NCBI GenBank assembly: GCA_052144335.1
Contig: JBKQQP010000006.1
Location: 21,778-85,777 of the forward strand
Direction: 5' to 3'
DNA length: 64,000 nucleotides
Source of the DNA: Syntrophales bacterium
GTDB lineage: Bacteria > Desulfobacterota > Syntrophia > Syntrophales > UBA2185
Positions within the stretch are counted from its first letter, which is position 1; each line of letters begins with the position of its first letter. Shown in pieces: positions 37,544 to 46,637 of this stretch. The notes below the pieces were generated by a model. That model made no database searches. It saw nothing but the letters and a program-made list of their open reading frames with translations, and was not told where the DNA came from. The position numbers and the translations under genes are program-made.

Positions 37544-38875
37544 ATGGGGATGATATACAAGAGAAACAAAACGTACTGGATCAAGTATTATCGCAACGGA
37601 AAGCCTTACTATGAAACTGCCAGGAGCGATAAAGAAAATGACGCTAAACGTCTTTTGAAGAAGCGAGAGGGGGAGATCTCAGACGGGAAGCTGCCGGGGA
37701 TCTACTTTGACAAGGTTACTTATGACGAACTGGCAGCGGAGCTGATAACTGATTACGAATTGAACGGACGAAAGTCCCTCACGCGCGTCAAGGTTAGCAT
37801 CATGCACCTGGATCAGGAATTTAAGGGCATGAAGGTTGTCAATATCGATACGCAAAGGATCAAAAGATATATAGACAAGAGGTTAACTGAAGGTGCGACA
37901 AACGGAACAATAAACAGGGAGCTTTCGGCACTCATAAGGATGTTTTCAATAGGCACTCAATCCACTCCCCCGAAAGTTCACACTCCCCCGTTTATTGCAA
38001 AGCTGAAAGAGGCCGTGCCGCGTAAGGGCTTTGTTGAGTGGGGGGATTTTATAGCTTTGCGCGATAACCTTCCCGACTACCTGAAAGGGCTTTGCACTTT
38101 CGGCTATCGTACAGGATGGAGAGTATCTGAGATAACAAATTTAAAATGGTCTGAAGTTGACCTCAATCAAAACATAGTGACATTGAATCCAGGTGAAACA
38201 AAGAATGACGAAGGCCGCGTTGTCTATCTTGATAGTGAGTTAAAGGATATTCTTGTAAAACAATGGGAAGCAAGAAAGAAAAATGCAAGGTTACTCCCCT
38301 ATGTTTTCCTGAATGAAGAAAAGACGGATCGAATTAAGAGTTTTTATAAAGCGTGGCATACAGCGTGTAAGAAAGCCAAAATAGGCCGCCGCTTATTCCA
38401 CGATCTGAGGAGATCGGCGATTAGGAACCTTGTCAGATCAGGAGTCCCGGAAGGTGTTGCCATGCGGATAAGCGGACATAAGACAAGATCAGTTTTTGAC
38501 CGATACAACATCGTAAGCGACGCTGACTTAATGCTTGCAGCGCAAAGGCAAGAAGTCTATTTGAAGGCGCAAAAGGTTACAAAAACGGTTACAATCGAGG
38601 ATTTTCAGGATATTAAGGAAGCAACAGGGGGAGATAACCTATCGGATTCATTGGCGCGCCCACCAGGAGTCGAACCTGGGGCCTTTGGATTCGTAGTCCA
38701 ACGCTCTATCCAGCTGAGCTATGGGCGCTCCATAAAAGTATGGCGGTGCAGGAAGTCTAGGAGTAGTTTGTCTCACCATTTCCCTGCTAACAGGGAAATT
38801 TACAGGGTACTTGACCTAAACATCGCCTCAAATCTGATCATAACTTCCGTTCTACTTTGCACCACCGTAGGGTAA
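37544..38875 (+). CDS. int: Tyrosine-type site-specific integrase
   Basis: YRTGWRVSE (Arg I), HDLRRSAIRN (HxxR), GHKTRSVFDRYNI (His/Tyr). The ORF has no stop before the att repeat and reads antisense through tRNA-Arg to 38875, so the functional C-terminus is uncertain. Confidence 0.85.
   Translation: MGMIYKRNKTYWIKYYRNGKPYYETARSDKENDAKRLLKKREGEISDGKLPGIYFDKVTYDELAAELITDYELNGRKSLTRVKVSIMHLDQEFKGMKVVNIDTQRIKRYIDKRLTEGATNGTINRELSALIRMFSIGTQSTPPKVHTPPFIAKLKEAVPRKGFVEWGDFIALRDNLPDYLKGLCTFGYRTGWRVSEITNLKWSEVDLNQNIVTLNPGETKNDEGRVVYLDSELKDILVKQWEARKKNARLLPYVFLNEEKTDRIKSFYKAWHTACKKAKIGRRLFHDLRRSAIRNLVRSGVPEGVAMRISGHKTRSVFDRYNIVSDADLMLAAQRQEVYLKAQKVTKTVTIEDFQDIKEATGGDNLSDSLARPPGVEPGAFGFVVQRSIQLSYGRSIKVWRCRKSRSSLSHHFPANREIYRVLDLNIASNLIITSVLLCTTVG
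38651..38696 (-). repeat. tRNA-proximal att repeat
   Basis: 46 bp identical to 22810-22855. It covers the tRNA 3-prime end through the anticodon. Confidence 0.9.
38652..38728 (-). tRNA. tRNA-Arg (anticodon ACG), CCA encoded
   Basis: GCGCCCATAGCTCAGCTGGATAGAGCGTTGGACTACGAATCCAAAGGCCCCAGGTTCGACTCCTGGTGGGCGCGCCA folds as a cloverleaf. It has a 7-bp acceptor stem, GCTC/GAGC D stem, TTGGA/TCCAA anticodon stem with loop CTACGAA, and CCAGG/CCTGG T stem. Confidence 0.9.
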
Positions 38876-39468
38876 AGAGAAATTGATTGAATTCCGAACA
38901 GGGAACTGTCGGTGGACCCAATCGCTCATTTATCAAAAACCCTATTCTATTGAGAAACTTAGTGTCAGCCATCAGTCTGCAGTTCCCCACATAGGGTTAA
39001 ACACTTGATGAATTCTGCTCCAAGATAAAGCTGACGTTGTGATTTTCAATATCACTTTTTAGTTTTGAAAACCAGTATAAAAAGGAATATCAGGAGGAAT
39101 ATATAGATGTATGTATCAAACAAGAAACCCAATTAACGATTTTTCAAGATCGCCCAACTTGCGAAATAATAGACTGCACCTGCTTATCAATAACTTCGAT
39201 CATGTTACGATATTGCCGGCAATTTATTGAAGTCGCGATTTGCTGCTGGTGCGATCGTGTAGCAGCTTTCATCCGGTACTGCGTAAGAGCGATCAATGAA
39301 AAAATGAAATATGTCGGTTATTGCTATCATCCATACAAAGTCACACATGGCTCCATCACTGAGAATCAATGATAACCGTTCGTACTATTGAAACGCTACA
39401 CGTCCTAATATCGTGACCAGGAGTAAAGCGACGGCTGCTCCTACGACTTATATATATCCATATTAAGA

Positions 39469-39505
39469 TAAAAAAATCCCCCGGCCGCTACTGCAACCGG
39501 GGGGG
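39469..39505 (-). terminator. Rho-independent terminator of the fumarase gene
   Basis: Minus strand: CCCCCGG-TTGCAGTAGCGG-CCGGGGG followed by ATTTTTTT, starting about 12 nt after the stop. Confidence 0.7.
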
Positions 39506-39517
39506 TCGTTCTTTGTA

Positions 39518-41137
39518 TTAACAACCTAACTGTTTATAGAAATCATTTCCTTTGTCATCCACCAGGATAAATGCCGGGAAGTCCACAACCTCAATCTTCC
39601 AAACCGCCTCCATACCAAGTTCGGGGAAGTCGATGCATTCGACCTTCGTGATGTTCTCCTCGGCGAGAAGTGCAGCCGGGCCGCCGATGGAACCGAGGTA
39701 GAAGCCGCCGTACTTCTTGCAGGCGTCCGTTACCTGCTGGCTCCGGTTTCCCTTGGCAATCATGATCAGTGAGGCGCCCTTAGACTGGAGCAGATCGACG
39801 TATGAGTCCATGCGGCCGGCTGTGGTCGGGCCGAAGGAGCCAGAAGGTTTATTCGCCGGCTGCTTGGCCGGGCCGGCATAGTAGATCGGGTGTTTGAGGA
39901 GATATTCGGGGACCGGCTTGCCGGCGTCGATGAGTTCCTTGAACTTGGCGTGGGCAATGTCCCGGCCAACGACGATTGTACCGGTGAGCATCAATGATGT
40001 GGAGACCGGGTATTTGGTTAGCTCAGCCAGTATCTCCTTCATCGGCCTGTTGAGGTTGATCTTCACGCCGTGATCATGCTTGCGGCGATATGCTTCGGGG
40101 ATAAGACGACCCGGGTCGCGGTCGAGTTCCTCGAGCCAGATACCGTCTTTGTTGATCTTTGCCTTGACGTTGCGATCAGCAGCGCAGGAAACGCCCATCC
40201 CAACCGGTAAGGAAGCGCCATGGCGTTGCAGACGAATCACGCGCACATCATGTGCGAAATACTTGCCGCCGAACTGGGCGCCGATTCCAAGTTTCTGGGC
40301 TGCTTCGACGAGTTGCTTCTCCAGTTCCACGTCACGGAAAGCCTGACCGAGTTCGTTCCCTTTGGTGGGAAGGCTGTCATAATATTTGGTTGAAGCGAGC
40401 TTCACGGTCTTCAGGCATGTTTCGGCGCTTGTGCCGCCTACAACAAAGGCGATGTGGTATGGCGGGCATGCTGCGGTGCCCAGAGACTTCATCTTGTCCA
40501 CAAGATACTTGAAGAGATTCGTGGGGGTGAGGAGGGCCTTGGTCTCCTGATAGAGCATGGCTTTATTCGCGGAACCGCCGCCTTTGGCGACGAAGAGGAA
40601 CTTGTACTCCATTCCTTCGGTTGCATAAATGTCGATCTGGGCAGGCAGGTTGGTGCCGGTGTTGATCTCCTTGTACATGTCCAGCGCCACAGTCTGGGAA
40701 TAGCGAAGGTTCTCCTCGGTGTAGGTCTTGTAGACCCCTTTGGTGAGGTACTCTTCGTCCTTTACACCTGTCCATACCTGCTGTCCCTTCTTGCCGACGA
40801 TGGTGGCTGTGCCGGTGTCCTGGCAGAAGGGGAGCTCGAACTTGGCGGAAACTTCGGCATTGCGCAACATGGCGATGGCAACCCCCTTTTCGTTCATGGA
40901 TGCCTCCTTGTCGGCGAGGATCTTCGCAACCATCTCGTTATGTTCGGGACGCAAGAGGAACGAGACATCCCGCATTGCTTGGTTGGCAAGGTTGGTGAGG
41001 GCAGCCGGATTGACTTTTAATATTTCCTTCCCCTCGAAGGTAGCGACCGATATGCCTTCTTTAGTCAGGAGGCGGTATTTGGTGCTGTCCGGGCCGAGTG
41101 GGAATGGGTCCTGGTACTTGAATTCTGGTGTAGCCAT
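39518..41137 (-). CDS. Class I (Fe-S) fumarate hydratase, fused alpha/beta domains
   Basis: 539 aa. The N-terminal domain has [10 protein letters not shown] and the C-terminal beta domain has GPTTAGRMD...KGNR. This is typical of FumA/B and tartrate dehydratase type hydro-lyases. Confidence 0.85.
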   Translation of the reverse strand: MATPEFKYQDPFPLGPDSTKYRLLTKEGISVATFEGKEILKVNPAALTNLANQAMRDVSFLLRPEHNEMVAKILADKEASMNEKGVAIAMLRNAEVSAKFELPFCQDTGTATIVGKKGQQVWTGVKDEEYLTKGVYKTYTEENLRYSQTVALDMYKEINTGTNLPAQIDIYATEGMEYKFLFVAKGGGSANKAMLYQETKALLTPTNLFKYLVDKMKSLGTAACPPYHIAFVVGGTSAETCLKTVKLASTKYYDSLPTKGNELGQAFRDVELEKQLVEAAQKLGIGAQFGGKYFAHDVRVIRLQRHGASLPVGMGVSCAADRNVKAKINKDGIWLEELDRDPGRLIPEAYRRKHDHGVKINLNRPMKEILAELTKYPVSTSLMLTGTIVVGRDIAHAKFKELIDAGKPVPEYLLKHPIYYAGPAKQPANKPSGSFGPTTAGRMDSYVDLLQSKGASLIMIAKGNRSQQVTDACKKYGGFYLGSIGGPAALLAEENITKVECIDFPELGMEAVWKIEVVDFPAFILVDDKGNDFYKQLGC

Positions 41138-41978
41138 AACATTATTCTCCTTTCATTGCCGATCTCAAGAAAAGTGCCATCTGCGGGATTGTGCCGTGAG
41201 CCGCAATACTTAAAGATTTACTCCGTATGCTCTGTACAACAGCCCTTGTACGCCTGTCATTTGGAATCTTTCCCTCATCTGCCATGTGCCTTAATAGTTA
41301 TTAAGCCTCCTCCTTTCCCTTTGATAAGACATTGTATTTGTGCTGGTGAAGTGTAGACAGGATGAATTTGTTTGTCAACGAGATAATGATCGTCAAATGC
41401 CGTTTACTAATTGACATCATCAACTTTTCCTTGCTCCGCCTGATAGTATGGTACAGGAAATCAGCGGGATTTTATACGAACAAAAAATATGCTATCGAGC
41501 TTTCGCATGTTTCAACCGCTACTGCTTAAGATCGCTTGGTGGAAATACAAAATATGCCAGCTCTCGTGGCCACCTGCCAAGTCAGTAGCTTCCAGGTTGA
41601 AATTGAAGTGATGATTGCCGCGTGATGATAATAGACAGGTAATTGCCTCCACCTCAACGTTGCTTAACGAGTCTGTATAAAAAGACGTTTTGACGATATT
41701 GATGCTTTTTTCAGGGACGCTGGATCCTTCCTTATCATGAGATCGTCGATTGTGGAGCCGTTTACGAGGTCAGCTATTTTATGCACTGCCAAGTTGTAGA
41801 ACGATACACTGCAGGCATTCTGTCCCCCACACATGGCTAAATCATGCATGTTTACTTAGAAATATTGGTGACAACTATGGTATAGAGAAGTTGCGTCATG
41901 AAAGATATGAGCAAAGTAGTATCTGATGGAATGGTGTATATCGAAAAAAAACCAATAACAGAAAGGAGAGGGTAGTCT

Positions 41979-42671
41979 ATGATGTATTCCCATGAAGTAC
42001 AAAACATGTGTTGCGTGTCAAAGGGTGCAAACCATGGCCCGGCGCCGATACCGCAGGAAGGCAAATGGACTCAGGTAAGGGAGATAAAAGATGTCTGCGG
42101 TTTTACACATGGTATCGGCTGGTGCGCCCCGCAGCAGGGTGCCTGCAAACTGAGCCTTAACGTGAAAGACGGGGTAATCCAGGAGGCCCTCATCGAAGCA
42201 ATCGGTTGCTCCGGCATGACCCATTCCGCTGCCATGTCTGCTGAGATATTACCCGGGAAAACAATCCTCGAGGCGTTAAATACAGATCTGGTCTGCGATG
42301 CAATCAATACGGCAATGCGAGAGCTGTTCCTGCAAATAGTCTACGGGAGAAGCCAGTCTGCTTTCTCGGAAGGCGGCTTGCCAATAGGGGCGGGATTGGA
42401 AGACTTAGGCAAAGGATTAAGGAGCCAGGTTGCAACTATGTACGGCACTTTGTCAAAGGGGGCCAGATATCTGGAAATGGCCGAGGGATATATAACAAAG
42501 ATTGCCCTGGATGAGAATAACGAAATCATTGGTTATGAATTCGTAAGCTTAGGCAGGATGATGGAAATGATATCAAAGGGCATGGACGCCAACGAGGCCT
42601 TGAAAAAGGCATCCGGGAAATATGGCCGTGTTGACGACGCAGTAAGATTAATCGATCCAAGGCACGAATAA
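41979..42671 (+). CDS. NifU/IscU-N-like iron-sulfur scaffold-domain protein, partner of the GGGtGRT protein
   Basis: AGGAGAGGG site. Cys-containing blocks CGFTHGIGWCAP and IEAIGCSGMTHSAAMSAEILPGKTILEAL resemble IscU/NifU N-domains. Confidence 0.65.
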   Translation: MMYSHEVQNMCCVSKGANHGPAPIPQEGKWTQVREIKDVCGFTHGIGWCAPQQGACKLSLNVKDGVIQEALIEAIGCSGMTHSAAMSAEILPGKTILEALNTDLVCDAINTAMRELFLQIVYGRSQSAFSEGGLPIGAGLEDLGKGLRSQVATMYGTLSKGARYLEMAEGYITKIALDENNEIIGYEFVSLGRMMEMISKGMDANEALKKASGKYGRVDDAVRLIDPRHE

Positions 42672-42685
42672 GGAGGGTGGACAAT

Positions 42686-43684
42686 ATGGCACTGTTTGAA
42701 AACTATGAAAGAAGGATTGAGCAGATCAACAAGACATTACATAAATATGGGATCAGTTCCATCGAAGATGCAAAGCTTATCTGTGACCGGAAAGGAATAG
42801 ACCCCTATAAAATCAGCAAGGAAATTCAGCCCATATGCTTTGAAAATGCCTGTTGGGCTTATGTTGTCGGTGCTGCACTGGCAGTTAAGAGGGGCTGTAC
42901 AAAAGCGGCAGATGCTGCAGAGGCCATCGGCGAAGGATTGCAGTCATTTTGTATTCCCGGTTCCGTTGCCGATGACAGAAAGGTTGGCCTTGGACATGGA
43001 AATTTAGCTGCCATGCTTTTGAAGGAAGAGACAAAATGCTTTGCCTTTCTGGCAGGACATGAATCGTTTGCTGCTGCTGAAGGCGCCATCGGAATTGCCA
43101 AGTCAGCAAATAAGGTCAGAAAAGAACCCCTAAAGGTCATATTAAACGGGCTCGGGAAAGACGCAGCGCAGATTATCTCAAGGATAAACGGATTCACCTA
43201 TGTGAAGACAAAGTTTGATTACTACTCGGGGAAACTCGAAGTTGCAGAAACCAAAGCCTATTCAAAAGGTGAAAAGGCGGCGGTCAGGTGTTATGGTGCC
43301 GATGATGTAAGGGAAGGCGTTGCTATCATGCATCACGAGGGGGTAGATGTTTCTATTACAGGAAACTCGACAAACCCCACACGATTCCAGCACCCCGTTG
43401 CAGGCACATATAAAAAGGAATGCAACGAGGAGAACCGGAAATATTTCTCTGTTGCATCCGGCGGCGGCACAGGCAGAACGCTGCACCCCGACAACATGGC
43501 GGCAGGCCCTGCTTCGTATGGGATGACGGATACAATGGGAAGAATGCACAGTGATGCCCAGTTTGCAGGCTCGTCTTCCGTCCCGGCCCATGTGGAGATG
43601 ATGGGATTTCTGGGCATGGGCAATAATCCCATGGTGGGTGCCACAGTTGCCGTAGCGGTTGCAATCGAGCAGGCGAGCAAATAA
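42686..43684 (+). CDS. GGGtGRT-family protein (function unknown)
   Basis: Contains the family-defining ASGGGTGRTLHPDNMAAGPASYGMTDTMGRMHSDAQFAGSSSVPAHVE. The start is set at the ATG after AAGGAGG, although the ORF opens at the GTG at 42677. Confidence 0.75.
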   Translation: MALFENYERRIEQINKTLHKYGISSIEDAKLICDRKGIDPYKISKEIQPICFENACWAYVVGAALAVKRGCTKAADAAEAIGEGLQSFCIPGSVADDRKVGLGHGNLAAMLLKEETKCFAFLAGHESFAAAEGAIGIAKSANKVRKEPLKVILNGLGKDAAQIISRINGFTYVKTKFDYYSGKLEVAETKAYSKGEKAAVRCYGADDVREGVAIMHHEGVDVSITGNSTNPTRFQHPVAGTYKKECNEENRKYFSVASGGGTGRTLHPDNMAAGPASYGMTDTMGRMHSDAQFAGSSSVPAHVEMMGFLGMGNNPMVGATVAVAVAIEQASK

Positions 43685-43969
43685 AGACAGCCGAGGCAAG
43701 AAGGACATAGTGTAAACCAAACAGGTGCCTTACCGCGATTTTACCGGGGTCGCTGTGTATTATAAAGGGTGCGGCCTATCATAGAATTATTTTACTGCGT
43801 GGGCAGATACCCTGGGAGGGGAGTGAGTATTCCTTCACGGATTGCTCTCGATTATTTTAGCTAACAGCTTATAGCCAACATATTAAGAGTTTTTACAACG
43901 CGGAGCCTACGTAAAAACGGGGTTGAACAAACCATCGTCCAATTTAAAAGTACCTAGAAGATATTTTAA

Positions 43970-44470
43970 TCAACGCATCAATACCTGAATCATGAGGACG
44001 ATGAAGAGGCTGATCAGCACGTAGGCAGCATAAACATTGACACTGCCGTTATGCATACGCCCAAGGAGCGTTGCCGTCCACTGAATTCCCTTGGCGATGG
44101 GTTGAAAGAAAAGCCGATCCACAATATGAACCTCTTTCCGGCCGTTTTTAATTGCGATGCGGAAATGTTCGGCAATCGTCTCTCTCCGGTCGTCAACTGT
44201 CGAAGGACGAAGGACGGCTTCGAATATTACCCGAACCAGATTTGAAAATCCTGTCGCTGTATAGGTCATTTCCGGCATGAGGCGTGGCAGACCGCCGTTC
44301 CAGGCCGGGGCCCTCACCAAGGTTCTTCTTCTGGTGAGGCGCCTTACGACAAAATATGAGCCCGCAAGAAGGAGAACCAGCATCACGGCTGAGTAGGATG
44401 TAGACATGGCAAACACGACGGGGTTATGCTCGCCGCCGCGGTGCATCACGACCAAGCCGCGCCCCGGCAA
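43970..44470 (-). pseudogene. C-terminal remnant of a HyfB/NuoL-like hydrogenase-4-type membrane subunit
   Basis: APAWNGGLPRLMPEMTYTATGFSNLVRVIFEAVLRP resembles the C-terminal extension of HyfB-type subunits. Only about 160 codons are present and the upstream sequence is unrelated. Confidence 0.45.
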
Positions 44471-44472
44471 GA

Positions 44473-44724
44473 CTTCCTGCCCAACTTGCGCGCCCAGTTC
44501 CAGGCAAGGCGAAGAGCATCAAAGATATTGCAGTGGCCGAAGGCGTCTCTAACTCTTATGTCAGAAAGATAATTCACAGAGCTTTTCTCGCACCGGACAT
44601 TGTCCGGGTCATCCTCAACGGAACCCAACCTCCGGAACTTAATCTCGAGTTACTCAGGAAATTCATTCCGCTACCCATAGATTAGAATGAACAACGAAGG
44701 CTTCTGGGCTTTCCAAAAGCTTAA
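44473..44724 (+). pseudogene. Serine-recombinase C-terminal fragment with an in-frame TAG
   Basis: The frame reads ...KSIKDIAVAEGVSNSYVRKIIHRAFLAPDIVRVILNGTQPPELNLELLRKFIPLPID*NEQRRLLGFPKA*. The pattern (LAFLAPDIV..IL.G.QP...PL.W.EQ) is as I recall it from recombinase-family C-termini. The TAG sits where Trp is expected. Confidence 0.45.
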
Positions 44725-44949
44725 TCGCTCCATCAACAAATTAACCCATCAGAAAATGAAGCCCTCTTGGAATAAACCTGCTTTTCCGGGGAAGGTGGAC
44801 TGAATTATTTCGCGACTGAGAATAACGACGCTACTGACGGCAAAAAGCGCCAAAGGCGGACTGAAGAGAATTTAATAAAGAGAAAACGCCGCCAAACGGC
44901 GCGACTTTCTCTCTGGATTATCTTTTCATATCAGCTACTTATAATCTGA

Positions 44950-45044
<95 letters not shown>

Positions 45045-45123
45045 GCGTGCAGCCGATCTATTATACTTTTAAATTTCCCGTGAACCCCTATTTCTCAAAG
45101 GGCAGGGATTTTCACTTCTATTC

Positions 45124-45209
45124 TGGCGGAGGGAACAGGATTCGAACCTGTGAACCTTTCGGTTAACGGTTTTCAAGACCGCCGCCATCGACCACTCGGC
45201 CACCCCTCC
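45124..45209 (-). tRNA. tRNA-Ser (anticodon UGA), long variable arm, CCA encoded
   Basis: GGAGGGG acceptor. Anticodon stem GCGGT/ACCGT with loop CTTGAAA. Variable arm TAACCGAAAGGTTC. T arm ACAGG-TTCGAAT-CCTGT. Confidence 0.85.
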
Positions 45210-45237
45210 GTGATGACATTGATTTCAGAACTGAATA

Positions 45238-46518
45238 TTAAACCCGAGCAGGAATCCTGTCAATTCCTTTCATGTAAGGCCTGAGCGCGTCGGGAACAAT
45301 AACGCTTCCATCGGCCTGCTGGAAATTTTCCAGAACAGCCACTACGGTTCTTCCAACGGCGAGCCCGGAACCGTTAAGGGTATGAACGAACTCTACCTTG
45401 CCGCTCCCTTCTCGCCTGAATCGTATCGACGCCCTGCGGGATTGAAAATCCTCGAAGTTACTGCAGGACGAAATCTCCCTGTAGGAATCCTGCCCGGGAA
45501 GCCAGACCTCGACATCATAAGTCTTGGCGGAAGAAAACCCGAGGTCTGCCGTGCAGAGGCTTACCGTCCGGAAATGAATGTTCAACTTCTTTAGGACTTC
45601 TTCAGCATTGAGGGTCAATTTTTCCAGCTCATCGTAGGATGTTTCCGGTGTGGTAAACTTGACCATTTCCACCTTGTTGAACTGGTGCTGCCTGATGAGC
45701 CCCCGCGTATCTTTTCCGTATGAACCGGCCTCAGAGCGAAAACACGGCGAATATGCCACATAGAGGGTCGGGAGATCCCGCTCATCCAAAATCTCGTCAC
45801 GGTGGATGTTGGTTACGGGTACTTCCGCCGTGGGAATGAGGTAATAGTCAAACTTCTCAATCTTAAAAAGGTCTTCGGCGAATTTCGGGAGCTGTCCCGT
45901 TCCCGTCATGCTTTCACTGTTCACCATAAAGGGCGTCAGGACCTCTGTGTAACCGTGTTCTGACGTATGCAGGTCAAGCATAAAATTTATGATGGCCCGC
46001 TCCAGCACAGCTCCCCATGACCGGTATAGGGTAAACCTCGCCCCCGTAATCTTTGCCCCTCTCGCAAAATCCAGGATCTTCAGATCCTCACCGATTTCCC
46101 AGTGCGGTTTCGGTGTGAACGCGAGCTTAGGCTTCTCTCCCCAGAAACGGATCACCGGATTATCCTCCGAGCACGTTCCGTACACGACGGATTCATGAGG
46201 CACATTGGGAATAATCATGAGAATCTTACCGAGGTCTTCCTCGATCTTCTTCAGAGATTCGTCCAGTTCTTTGATGCGATTGGAAACATCGCTCATTCGT
46301 GCGATAATTTCGGACGCGTCTTCCTTCTTCTTTTTTTTCTCGCCTATCTCCTTGGAGGCTTTGTTTCGCTCGTTCCGCAGGGTTTCCACTTCTTGAAGAA
46401 CCCTGCGTCTCTCTTCATCCAGCGCGGCAAAGGCTTCGAGATTGATCTCCTGCCCCCTTTCCAGCATTTTTCTTCTGACGAAATCGATATTCTGTCTCAG
46501 AAATTTTATGTCCAGCAT
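45238..46518 (-). CDS. serS: Seryl-tRNA synthetase
   Basis: N-terminal coiled-coil ([10 protein letters not shown]...) and class II motifs ([34 protein letters not shown]). Confidence 0.95.
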   Translation of the reverse strand: MLDIKFLRQNIDFVRRKMLERGQEINLEAFAALDEERRRVLQEVETLRNERNKASKEIGEKKKKKEDASEIIARMSDVSNRIKELDESLKKIEEDLGKILMIIPNVPHESVVYGTCSEDNPVIRFWGEKPKLAFTPKPHWEIGEDLKILDFARGAKITGARFTLYRSWGAVLERAIINFMLDLHTSEHGYTEVLTPFMVNSESMTGTGQLPKFAEDLFKIEKFDYYLIPTAEVPVTNIHRDEILDERDLPTLYVAYSPCFRSEAGSYGKDTRGLIRQHQFNKVEMVKFTTPETSYDELEKLTLNAEEVLKKLNIHFRTVSLCTADLGFSSAKTYDVEVWLPGQDSYREISSCSNFEDFQSRRASIRFRREGSGKVEFVHTLNGSGLAVGRTVVAVLENFQQADGSVIVPDALRPYMKGIDRIPARV

Positions 46519-46637
46519 GATCCTACCTTCCCTTCAAGATTACCCTGCCAAAAGGAAATTCCCCCTATCACTTCAAGCCGCGGCAGTCAATACCTTTTAT
46601 CCGGTGATTAGTTTCATCTTTCTGTTTTTATTTAGAT

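Larger units (their letters stand above)
22810..38696. mobile_element. 15.9-kb integrative island in tRNA-Arg(ACG), satellite/PICI-like core plus defence-type cargo
   Basis: Perfect 46-bp direct repeats at both ends. A tyrosine integrase lies next to the intact tRNA. Excisionase-type HTH genes and a primase-pol/ATPase are present, along with R-M and GmrSD-like cargo. No capsid or packaging genes were recognised. Confidence 0.85.

Noticed and set aside
40454-41213. Several 150-190-aa plus-strand ORFs over the fumarase gene
   Set aside because: They are antisense shadow frames of a well-supported 539-aa class I fumarase. Their Gly/Leu/Val-rich translations show no domain features.
45155-45175. 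TAACCGAAAG in the tRNA-Ser(UGA) variable arm matches the core of the cassette-repeat box
   Set aside because: The match is only 10 nt and involves a GAAA-loop hairpin motif. The flanks are unrelated, so it is most likely coincidence.
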